This document shows positions 22,626 to 30,987 of a stretch of 36,457 nt of DNA, in pieces; positions within the stretch are counted from its first letter, which is position 1, and each line of letters begins with the position of its first letter. This stretch comes from Gemmatimonadaceae bacterium (lineage in GTDB: Bacteria; Gemmatimonadota; Gemmatimonadetes; Gemmatimonadales; Gemmatimonadaceae): positions 7,959-44,415 of the forward strand of contig JBBDYA010000018.1 in assembly GCA_040902005.1 (NCBI GenBank), given 5' to 3'. A program made the position numbers and the translations under genes. The notes under the pieces are model-generated. The model did no database searches and was not told the DNA's origin. It saw only the letters and a list, made by a program, of their open reading frames with translations.

Positions 22626-25390
22626 TGATCTCCGGGCTCGGGGGGCTCATCGCGCGCGTCCGCTCGCTCTTCAACGGTGCGCGCAACGACAAGCTCGACG
22701 CCGAGATGCACGCCGAGTTCGCGCACCACATCGAGCTGCGCGCGGCGGATCTGGTCAACACGGGGCTGACACCCGACGAGGCGAAGCGGCAGGCCCGCGT
22801 CGAGTTCGGCGGGACATACAACCATAAGGAAGCGGGGCGCGCGGCGCGCGGGCTGCGCTGGTTCGACGCCTTCCGCATTTCGTGGCTGGACGTGAAGCTC
22901 GGTGCGCGCATGGTCCGCCGGTATCCCGGGCTCACGATCGTGGCGGGACTGGCGATGGGCGTCGCGATCGCGATCGGCGCCGGCGTCATGGGCGTCATCG
23001 CGCTCGTGAACGACCCGAAGATTCCGCTCCACGAAGGTGAGCGCATCGTCGGCATTCAGGTGTGGCACTCCAGCTGGAACAACGCCGAGCGACGCATCGC
23101 GTACGATCTGGCGGCATGGAAGTCGGAGCTGAAGGCCGTGCGCGACATCGGCGCGTTCCGGAGCGCGGTGCGCGCCGTGGGCGCGAACGACGGCCGCGCC
23201 GAGCCGGGGCGGGGTGCCGAGATGAGCGCGTCGGGGTTCCGCGTCGCGCGCGTGGAACCCCTGCTGGGACGCTACCTGCTCGACGACGACGAGCGCCCCG
23301 GCGCTCCGCTGGTGGTCGTGCTCGGGCACGAGATCTGGAGCGGCCGGTTCGCGTCTGATTCCGCGATCATCGGCAGGCACGTGAAGATCGGCGGCGTGCC
23401 GCACATGGTGGTCGGGGTCATGCCGGCAGGATTCGCGTGGCCGATCAACTACAACATGTGGCTGCCGCTGCGTCTCGAGGCGAGCGTCCAGCCGCGCCAG
23501 GGGCCCGTGCTCTACGCCTTCGGACGCCTCGACGCCGGCGCCAGTCTCGAGGAGGCGGCCACCGAGCTGGCGGCGGTCGGCGAGCGCATCGCGAAGGCGT
23601 CGCCAGAGACACACCGGCGGTTGCGCGCGTGGATTCTGCCATTCGCTCTGTCCTGGTTCGAGCTCGACAGCCCCGAGACGGTGCTCGTCCAGCGCGCGGC
23701 GCAGGCCGCGGTCACGATGCTGCTCATCATCATCTGCGTGAACATCGCCATTCTCGTGTACGCGCGGACGGCCACGCGCCAGGGCGAGATCGCCGTGCGC
23801 AGCGCGCTGGGGGCGAGCCGCAGCCGCATCGTCACGCAGCTGGTGGGTGAAGCGATGGTGCTCGCGGCCATTGGAGCCGCCGTAGGTCTCACGCTCATCT
23901 CGATCATCGCAGGGCGGATGGACACGATCCTCAGCGAGACGGGCGCGAGCACGGTGATCCCGTTCTGGTTCAAGGTTGGTGTTTCGCCGGCGACGATCGG
24001 CTTCCTGGTCGGCCTGGCGGTTCTGGCCGCGCTGATCATCGGCGTGGTGCCCGCGCTTCAGGTGACGGGACGGCGCGTGCAGGCCAGCCTTCAGCGCCTT
24101 GCGGGGGGCGGGGGGCACGCAAGCCTTCGCATGGGGACGATGTGGACGTCGCTCGTGATCGTCGAAGTCGCGCTCACCGTTGCCATCATGCCGTCGTCCG
24201 CGTTCATGGCGTCCAGGTCGCTGGAGGCGATGATGACGGGGCCGGGCTTTCCCGCCGAGGAGATACTGATGGCGGAGCTGTCGGTGAACCGGGAGCAGAA
24301 CGAGGCCGGCCCGCGCGAAGAGGACTCGCTCTACACGCGGCGCGCGACCCAGCTTCGCTACGAGGTCATGCGGCGACTCCAGGCCGACCCCAACGTCGCC
24401 GCGGTCTCGTTCTCAGCCGGCATACCGGGCTCGGAGAGCAGCGGTCGGATCGAGCTGGACACCGTACCCGTGAAGTTCGAGAGCGGATCGTCAGGAGGCG
24501 GCGGGAGCTGGTCGCGGTGGGGCGGGGGCATGGAACAGGTGCGGTTCGCCGCCGTGGACGCGGCGTTCTTCGATGCGCTCGATGTCGCGCCGATCATGGG
24601 GCGAACGTTCACCGCGGCCGATGCTGTGCCACACGCCAACGTCGCGGTGGTGAACCGCACCTTCGCGGATTCCCAGTTCAGCGGTACGAACCCGATCGGC
24701 CGCAAGTTTCGCGAGCTCGGAAACCCCGGAATGGGTCCGGAGCCGGAGTATCGCGGCCCCTGGCAGGAGATCGTCGGTGTCGTGCCGGACGTTCCCGCGC
24801 TCGTGGACTACGAGCGACCCAGGGGCGTGTGGTATGCGCCGACGCGCACAATCGAGCCGGCGACGCTGCTGATTCACGTGCGCGGGATGCACCCGGCTGC
24901 GTTCGTGACGCGGCTGCGGGTGATGACGGCCAGCGTGGATGAGGGGATGTTCCTGCGGCGCGTACAGCCGCTGGACGAGGGGCTGTGGAAGACGCACCTG
25001 CCCATGCGACTGCTCACGTCCGCGCTGATCGCGGTCGCGCTCAGCGTGCTGGTGCTCTCGGCCGCCGGGCTCTACGCGCTGATGTCGGTCATTGTCACGC
25101 AACGCCGCCGAGAAATCGGCATTCGCATGGCGCTCGGCGCGGACCGTGGTCGAGTGCTGCGGAGCATCTTCTCGCGCGCGGCGCTGCAGGTTGGCGCCGG
25201 CATCGCGCTCGGCACGGCAATGGCCGTGCTCGTGCTCCAGGGCGCCGGCGGAGAGATGCGCGGCTTCAACGCGTTCGTGATTCTGCCAGCGGCGGCGCTC
25301 TTCATGCTGGCGGTGGGCGTGCTCGCCGCGCTGGGTCCGGCGCGACGAGGGCTCGCGATCCAGCCGAGCGTCGTACTGAAGGAGGACTAG
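22625..25390 (+). CDS. MacB/FtsX-type ABC permease (ADOP-like)
   Basis: ATG overlaps the padR TGA; ARVEFGG prefix; RQGEIAVRSALGASRSRIVTQL; QRRREIGIRMALGA; GPARRGLAIQPSVVLKED. Confidence 0.93.
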   Translation: MISGLGGLIARVRSLFNGARNDKLDAEMHAEFAHHIELRAADLVNTGLTPDEAKRQARVEFGGTYNHKEAGRAARGLRWFDAFRISWLDVKLGARMVRRYPGLTIVAGLAMGVAIAIGAGVMGVIALVNDPKIPLHEGERIVGIQVWHSSWNNAERRIAYDLAAWKSELKAVRDIGAFRSAVRAVGANDGRAEPGRGAEMSASGFRVARVEPLLGRYLLDDDERPGAPLVVVLGHEIWSGRFASDSAIIGRHVKIGGVPHMVVGVMPAGFAWPINYNMWLPLRLEASVQPRQGPVLYAFGRLDAGASLEEAATELAAVGERIAKASPETHRRLRAWILPFALSWFELDSPETVLVQRAAQAAVTMLLIIICVNIAILVYARTATRQGEIAVRSALGASRSRIVTQLVGEAMVLAAIGAAVGLTLISIIAGRMDTILSETGASTVIPFWFKVGVSPATIGFLVGLAVLAALIIGVVPALQVTGRRVQASLQRLAGGGGHASLRMGTMWTSLVIVEVALTVAIMPSSAFMASRSLEAMMTGPGFPAEEILMAELSVNREQNEAGPREEDSLYTRRATQLRYEVMRRLQADPNVAAVSFSAGIPGSESSGRIELDTVPVKFESGSSGGGGSWSRWGGGMEQVRFAAVDAAFFDALDVAPIMGRTFTAADAVPHANVAVVNRTFADSQFSGTNPIGRKFRELGNPGMGPEPEYRGPWQEIVGVVPDVPALVDYERPRGVWYAPTRTIEPATLLIHVRGMHPAAFVTRLRVMTASVDEGMFLRRVQPLDEGLWKTHLPMRLLTSALIAVALSVLVLSAAGLYALMSVIVTQRRREIGIRMALGADRGRVLRSIFSRAALQVGAGIALGTAMAVLVLQGAGGEMRGFNAFVILPAAALFMLAVGVLAALGPARRGLAIQPSVVLKED

Positions 25391-25417
25391 CAGGAGCAGG
25401 ATCGCCGCTCCGCGGTA

Positions 25418-27133
25418 TTACCGCACTCGGGTGAACCGGAGGTGCCGCACCCGCCCGGACTCCACCACGAAGCCGGTGATGCGCCCCCGCCCGTCACGCT
25501 GCACGTCGATCACCGAGCCGCCGCGCGTGAACCCGTCTTTGTAGCTCGGCTCGAGCACGCCGAAACGCCGGTCATCGATGTACAGCACCAGCTGATCCTT
25601 CTCGACGCGCCAGACGTGCGTCGCCTCTACCTCATCGCTGCGGTAGCTGCCCGCGTACTCCGCGAGCTGCGTCGGTGTGAGCGCCACAGAATCAGCGCGC
25701 GTGAAGGTCACCTCATCCCCAGCCGTGCGGACGATCATCAGCGACGGAGAAGCGCCGCCCCCCCCCTCGAAGCGGGTTTCCGCGCCTGACGCTAACCGGA
25801 AACGGCCACCGCCCAGGGGCTCCATGCGGGTGCGTCCCGCCCCGCCACCGATCGCAAACAGGGTGTCACCGATCGCCCGCGTGCGACGCACTTCGCCGCG
25901 CTCCACGTTGCGCCACACGGCCGTGTACGGCCGCAGGTTGCTGGCGGCCACGTCGGACACGGCCGCTCCCTGCAGCGTGGCAATCCACAGCGCCGAGCTG
26001 TCCGGCTGCATCCGGTCGGCGAGATAGATCGCCGCCACCTTGCGCGCGAGCGAATCCGGGCCCGACGTCGTGAGGTTGCAGAATGTCGCCACGGCGAAGC
26101 GCTGCTCGGGGAAGCGCAGGAAGTGCCCGCGGTACCCCGCCCAGCTCCCGCCGTGACCGATGACGCGCAGCCCGCGCAGTGTCCCGACGCTGAGCCCGAT
26201 GGCGTACGCCTGCGTCGCTCCCGACTTCGCCGGTGAGCCGTCGTTCAGCGCGGTCGCCGTCGTCATCTTCTCGATGATGTCGCGCCCGCCCACGGCGGCC
26301 GTCTCGTAGTTGTTCAGCCAGCGCAGGAAGTCCTCGACCGTGGTGTGCACGCCGCCGGCACCCATGATCGAGCCGTCGTACGCCGACCGCGCCACCCGGA
26401 ATCCTCCCGCTGCTCCTGGCCGTGGGCCATATCCCGTCGCGAGGTGGGGGATCATCAGCGCGTTGTCGTCCAGGAAGCGGGTGTCGTGCATGCCAAGGGG
26501 CGTGAAGATCCGCTCGTCGGCGAATTGCGCCAGCGTCTTCCCCGTGAGGCGATAGACCGCCTGCGCCGCGAGGATCCACCCGGAGTTGGTGTAGAGGTAC
26601 CGCGCGCCGGGTTCGTAGTTCGGCTCTGCCGACCGCGTGATGACGCGAAGGGCGTCGATCGTGTCGCCGCGGAAACTCCGCCCCGTCTGCCCCATCATCG
26701 TGTACAGGTCGCGCAGTCCGCTCGTCTGGCTCAGCGCTCGGCGCCACGTGATCCGGTCCGCATAGGCCGGCATCTCCGGGATGAGCTTCCGGATCGGGTC
26801 GTCGAGCGAGAGCTTGCCTTCCTTCTCGAGGATGAGCATCGCCATCGCGGTGAACTGCTTCGAGATGGACCCGACGTCGAGCACGGACCGCGGCGAGAGC
26901 GCAACGCCGTGCTCGAGGCTCGCCATTCCGTATCCGCGCGCGTACTGGATCTTGCCGTCCTGGTAGACGCCGAGCGCGCAGCCCGGGGAGTCCGTGTGGT
27001 CGAAGCGCTGGAACACGGAGTCGGCGCGCTGCGCCCGGGCATCACGCTCGCCCACGATGTGCTGCGCATGAACCCGGACCGGCGTGGCGGCGATGGTGGC
27101 GGTGAGTGCGGCAAGGAGTGCGTGACGGCGCAT
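25418..27133 (-). CDS. Secreted serine hydrolase, beta-lactamase class C / D-aminopeptidase-like
   Basis: Signal peptide; GSISKQF (SxxK); YTN (YxN); GHGGSWAGY. Start 27133 (alternative 27154). Confidence 0.9.
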   Translation of the reverse strand: MRRHALLAALTATIAATPVRVHAQHIVGERDARAQRADSVFQRFDHTDSPGCALGVYQDGKIQYARGYGMASLEHGVALSPRSVLDVGSISKQFTAMAMLILEKEGKLSLDDPIRKLIPEMPAYADRITWRRALSQTSGLRDLYTMMGQTGRSFRGDTIDALRVITRSAEPNYEPGARYLYTNSGWILAAQAVYRLTGKTLAQFADERIFTPLGMHDTRFLDDNALMIPHLATGYGPRPGAAGGFRVARSAYDGSIMGAGGVHTTVEDFLRWLNNYETAAVGGRDIIEKMTTATALNDGSPAKSGATQAYAIGLSVGTLRGLRVIGHGGSWAGYRGHFLRFPEQRFAVATFCNLTTSGPDSLARKVAAIYLADRMQPDSSALWIATLQGAAVSDVAASNLRPYTAVWRNVERGEVRRTRAIGDTLFAIGGGAGRTRMEPLGGGRFRLASGAETRFEGGGGASPSLMIVRTAGDEVTFTRADSVALTPTQLAEYAGSYRSDEVEATHVWRVEKDQLVLYIDDRRFGVLEPSYKDGFTRGGSVIDVQRDGRGRITGFVVESGRVRHLRFTRVR

Positions 27134-27161
27134 TGGGACGGCTCGACCGGGCATGGTGTGT

Positions 27162-27172
27162 GGGGGGGGGGG
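27162..27172 (-). repeat. C11 homopolymer (coding-strand sense) upstream of the serine hydrolase
   Basis: G11 on the plus strand. Confidence 0.9.
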
Positions 27173-27239
27173 ACGACGTTCGAAGTGAGAGCCGAAGTTT
27201 GCGCGTCGGGACGCGGCCGCGCCAGCCAGCTGGCGCGGA

Positions 27240-29846
27240 CTAGTCTCGGCCGCGGACCAATTGGTCGTACTGCGGTTGGCCGCGCAGCAAGATCAGATCC
27301 GGGTCGCGATGCAGCCACAGCTGGTACGCACGCCCGGCCGCGAACGCCTCCTGCAGCTGCGACACCGCGACGTCCTTGTCGCCGAGCACCGCCGCGATAC
27401 GCGCGCGATAGGTCGGCGACGCGCCGCGGTCGTATGCGCGCTTCACGAGCCGCAGCGTATCCATCACCGCCCGCGCGGCTGCGGCGCGTGACGTACGGGC
27501 GTCGAGCAGGCCCGACATGGCGAGCCAATCGATATTGCGCGCATCGCTCGCGCGCAGCGCCTGGATGAGCGTGCGCGCCTCTGCCCAGCGCCCAAGCGCG
27601 TAGTTCACCTGGGCAAGCCGCCAGCGCATCGCGGGATTGTCTGGTTGCGTGAGGAGCCAGGCGCGCGCGCGGCGGAGGTAGTCGCGCGCCGCTTCCGGAC
27701 GGCCGTGGGCGTTCAGCTCTTCCGCGGCTTCGACGAGCAGAATGCCGTTGTCGAAGCCGATCGGATCCCGCGGCATTCCGGCGGCCTGGCGGACGAGCGC
27801 GTCGAGTTGACTCAGTTCGCCGCGTGCGGCGCGGGCCCGCGCCTCGGGAACGAGGGAGGAGATGCGATCAGGATAGCCGCGCATCAATGCCGCACCGGCG
27901 TCGCGCTCGCGGTCGAACCGGCCAAGGGCATGCTGCGTCGCTGCGAAGAGCCCCCAGTACGGCGGAAATCCCCTCATGGCGCCCCGGTCCGACGGCAGCG
28001 CCTCGAGCGCCGCCGCCGCCTCATGCACATGGCCGGTCTGCATGGCCTCAACCGCATGGTTGTACGCCGCCTTCGACTGCGGTGCGAGTTCCGCCGCGCG
28101 CCGGATCGCGCGCAACGCCACGAGACGTTCGCCGCGAACGAAGGCGAGCCGGTAGTCGAGCCAGGCCTGGTGGTACTCACTCAGCGTCGCTCGGCGCCGC
28201 TGCACGACCGAGAGCAACGAGTCGGCGCGTGCCCAGTCGGCCATGTTGCTCAGCGTGATCGACGCGTAGAGCAGCGCGGTGGTGAAGGTGGAATCGAGCG
28301 CATAGGCCTGGAGGAAACGCGGGAGCGCTTCCGCGCTGCGCAGCGCCGTGTACGCGCTCAATCCCTGGCTGAATTCACGGTAGGCGTCGTATCTGGGCAT
28401 GCGCTGCGACTGCGCCGCCGGCGTTCGCCAGCGCTCGTCGCGCCGGAGCGCGAGCCACCCCATGAGCCTGTCCCGCACCTCCTGGACTCCGCTCAACGGA
28501 TCGGACACGGGAGCGCTGACGTCGGACAGCGACACGAGCAGGCGCATGCCGCCAGCGTCGGCCACGTTGACGCGGAAGAGCAGGCGGTCTCCATGACGAT
28601 AGTACGAGCCCGCGACGATCGTGCGGGCCCCCGTTTCCCGACCGACCGCGCGCATCGGATCGGGGACCGAGCCCCCGGCCGAGTCGAGGACGAGCTGCGA
28701 CGTCTCGATGGCGGTCGTGGTCGGGACGACCTCCACAATGCCGGTCTGCTGGAGCCCGTCGGTGATCCAGTCGCTGGCCATGAGGCCGACACTGGCGAAG
28801 GCGGGGTCGCCGGTCCGGTTCTCCAGTGGCATGGCGACGATGCGGCCGAGGGATGCTGGCTCAGGCGCAGTGCCAGAGCGATTCGTCATGACCACTCCCG
28901 CCGTGACGGCGACGGCCGCCACGGCGGCGATAGAGCCCCACGTCCAGGCACCGACTGCGCGACTCGATTCGCGAGTGACGGGAACCGCACCTGTGGGTGT
29001 CTTCAGTGCCGTCGCGAAGTCGGCCACTGTCTGGAAACGGTCCGCGGGGACGGATTGCAGCGCCCGCGCGATGGCGTCGTCCACGTGCTGCGGAACGGCG
29101 GGCCGGACCACACGGAGCGGCTGGTAGATCCCCGCGGCCTTTCGTGCAAGGATCGCGTCCGGCGTCGGCGCGTAGAACGGCACTTCGCCGGCGAGCATCT
29201 CATACGTGACGAGCGCGAGCGAGTAGAGATCGGAGCGGCCGTCCACGACGGGGGACGCGCTGGCCTGCTCGGGACTCATGTACGCCAGCGTTCCGACGGC
29301 GACACGGTGGCTGGTGATGGCGTCTCCGGCGGCGAGCTCGATCGCCTTTGCAAGCCCGAAGTCCGCGACGAGGGTACGATTCCCCTGGAGGAGGACATTG
29401 TCGGGCTTGATGTCGCGATGGACGAACCCCGCGGCGTGCGCGAACGAGAGTGCATCGGCGATCCCGGCGGCGATCTCGAGTGCGTCCTCGACCGTCATCC
29501 GGCCCTGCGCGTCGAGGCGGGCGCGCAACGTCTCGCCCTCGACGAGCGGCATGACATAGTAAAGGACCGTCCCGTTCCCCGATTCGCCCGACTCGAAGAC
29601 AGGCACAATGCCGGGATGGGAGAGCTTGGCCGCGATGGACACCTCGCGCACGAAGCGCTCGGGTCCAAGCCGGCCGGCCAGCTCCGACTTCATGACCTTG
29701 ATCGCAACCCGGCGGTTCAGCCGGAGATCGGTCGCGGTATAGACGCGTGCCATGCCGCCCACGCCGATGAGCTCCTCGACGACGTATCTGTTCTCGAGAG
29801 CGCGCTGGAGCTCGGCGGCGGCGCTGCGGGACTCGGCGTTCGGCAC
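27240..29846 (-). CDS. Ser/Thr protein kinase with TM segment, TolB-N-like domain and TPR-like repeats
   Basis: IGVGGMARV, VAIK, HRDIKPDN, DFG, GTLAYMSPEQ; TM; IVAMPLENRTGD; same layout as 3006..5615. GTG start at 29846 is uncertain. Confidence 0.92.
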   Translation of the reverse strand: MPNAESRSAAAELQRALENRYVVEELIGVGGMARVYTATDLRLNRRVAIKVMKSELAGRLGPERFVREVSIAAKLSHPGIVPVFESGESGNGTVLYYVMPLVEGETLRARLDAQGRMTVEDALEIAAGIADALSFAHAAGFVHRDIKPDNVLLQGNRTLVADFGLAKAIELAAGDAITSHRVAVGTLAYMSPEQASASPVVDGRSDLYSLALVTYEMLAGEVPFYAPTPDAILARKAAGIYQPLRVVRPAVPQHVDDAIARALQSVPADRFQTVADFATALKTPTGAVPVTRESSRAVGAWTWGSIAAVAAVAVTAGVVMTNRSGTAPEPASLGRIVAMPLENRTGDPAFASVGLMASDWITDGLQQTGIVEVVPTTTAIETSQLVLDSAGGSVPDPMRAVGRETGARTIVAGSYYRHGDRLLFRVNVADAGGMRLLVSLSDVSAPVSDPLSGVQEVRDRLMGWLALRRDERWRTPAAQSQRMPRYDAYREFSQGLSAYTALRSAEALPRFLQAYALDSTFTTALLYASITLSNMADWARADSLLSVVQRRRATLSEYHQAWLDYRLAFVRGERLVALRAIRRAAELAPQSKAAYNHAVEAMQTGHVHEAAAALEALPSDRGAMRGFPPYWGLFAATQHALGRFDRERDAGAALMRGYPDRISSLVPEARARAARGELSQLDALVRQAAGMPRDPIGFDNGILLVEAAEELNAHGRPEAARDYLRRARAWLLTQPDNPAMRWRLAQVNYALGRWAEARTLIQALRASDARNIDWLAMSGLLDARTSRAAAARAVMDTLRLVKRAYDRGASPTYRARIAAVLGDKDVAVSQLQEAFAAGRAYQLWLHRDPDLILLRGQPQYDQLVRGRD

Positions 29847-29990
29847 GGGGCGGGAGGGGACGGACGTCCCTGCATAATATGCGCAAACGATGGCGCGAGG
29901 CGAGCGCCGTCTTGTCGAACTTACCGTCCTCGTGATACGTTGACCCTCTCCTTCCACTGCCGTAGCCCCCTCACCCCACAGGAGCGAGCC

Positions 29991-30299
29991 ATGCAAGGAC
30001 CAAGGAGGCTGTTGGGCGACTGGCCGGACTATGACTACATCGTCGGCTCAGACTTCGCCGGCGCCGACACAACTCCGAAGGTGTATTTCCGTCTTCACGT
30101 CGACATCCGGCTCGCCGACGAGACCGAGGCCGAGAACTACCGACAGATGCTCGCGCGTGGGGATCATCAGGGGTGTTTTGACCGGTTGGTGGCAAAGACC
30201 ATGGTCAGAGCCGGGGAACGCGGCCACGCCTTCCTCAAGGCAGCCTTCGGCGTAGGATACGAGGCAAGCGGTGGCTCTCCGCCCAGGTCCGGGGCCTGA
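29991..30299 (+). CDS. Hypothetical 102-aa protein
   Basis: AGGAG at 29980-29984 before ATG; globular-looking MQGPRRLLGDWPDYDYIVGSDF...; hidden at the end of a long antisense ORF in the track. Confidence 0.7.
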   Translation: MQGPRRLLGDWPDYDYIVGSDFAGADTTPKVYFRLHVDIRLADETEAENYRQMLARGDHQGCFDRLVAKTMVRAGERGHAFLKAAFGVGYEASGGSPPRSGA

Positions 30300-30424
30300 C
30301 TTAGCATACCTCAAGCAGGGATCGATCTCGCGCGCCAGACCGAGAGCGGGATCGATGTCTGAGAGCAACCACGGCCGCCGAGCACTCCTTGTCAGATCAT
30401 GCGGCCGACTGCACCTTCGCTGCC

Positions 30425-30937
30425 ATGCCTTCGACCCCCTCGCCAGGCGCGGCACCACCTGATGCCGGCGAGGAGGAATACCGCGAACGGCTGGCGCGTG
30501 CGCTCGGTGCCGACTACACACTGCGCGAGCTGATCGGCCGCGGCGGATTCGGCTCGGTGTACGCCGCCTGGGACCAGCGTCTGGAGCGCGAGGTGGCCGT
30601 GAAGGCCCTTCGCCACGACCTCTTTCCCACGCGACTCGTGCTGGAACGCTTTCGGCGCGAAGCCAAAGCGGTGGCGAAGCTTCGTCATCCGCTTCCACTG
30701 TGGCTGCGCGCGCTGATGACCGCTGTCGCCGCGATGAAGACGCCATTTGTCGTCGCCGCACTCATGGTGCCCCTGGCGGCGAAGATCATCGGGGGGCGGA
30801 GCGGGGTGAGCACCCACACGGTGCTGCGCCTGCTGTTCACCTGGCGTGCCGACCACAGGAACGGCTCCGACGGGCGTCGCCTCCTTGTGGCGGATGCGTC
30901 CTCGGTGGTGAAGCCGCGCGCGGCCGGGAACGTGTAG
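30425..30937 (+). pseudogene. Internally deleted Ser/Thr kinase: N-lobe fused in frame to a hydrophobic C-terminal remnant
   Basis: IGRGGFGSVY, VAVK, ERFRREAKAVAKLRHP, then an abrupt switch near 30691 to LPLWLRALM...; no HRD, DFG or SPE motif. Confidence 0.8.
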
Positions 30938-30987
30938 CGACCTGGAGCGCCAGGCGTTATGCTCGGGTGTCCGTTTCCAGGCGCTTC

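Noticed and set aside
25418..27133. Antibiotic-resistance beta-lactamase call
   Set aside because: SxxK and YxN are shared by many esterases and peptidases; the HGG motif and long C-terminal extension do not indicate a true AmpC.
27645..29990. 884-aa plus-strand ORF 27645..30299
   Set aside because: Antisense shadow of the kinase gene; only the last 102 codons have an RBS and protein-like composition.
30300..30420. Short minus-strand peptide (PWLLSDIDPALGLAREIDPCLRYAK) and repeated GGATCGAT
   Set aside because: No start or RBS and no recognisable family; too short to support.
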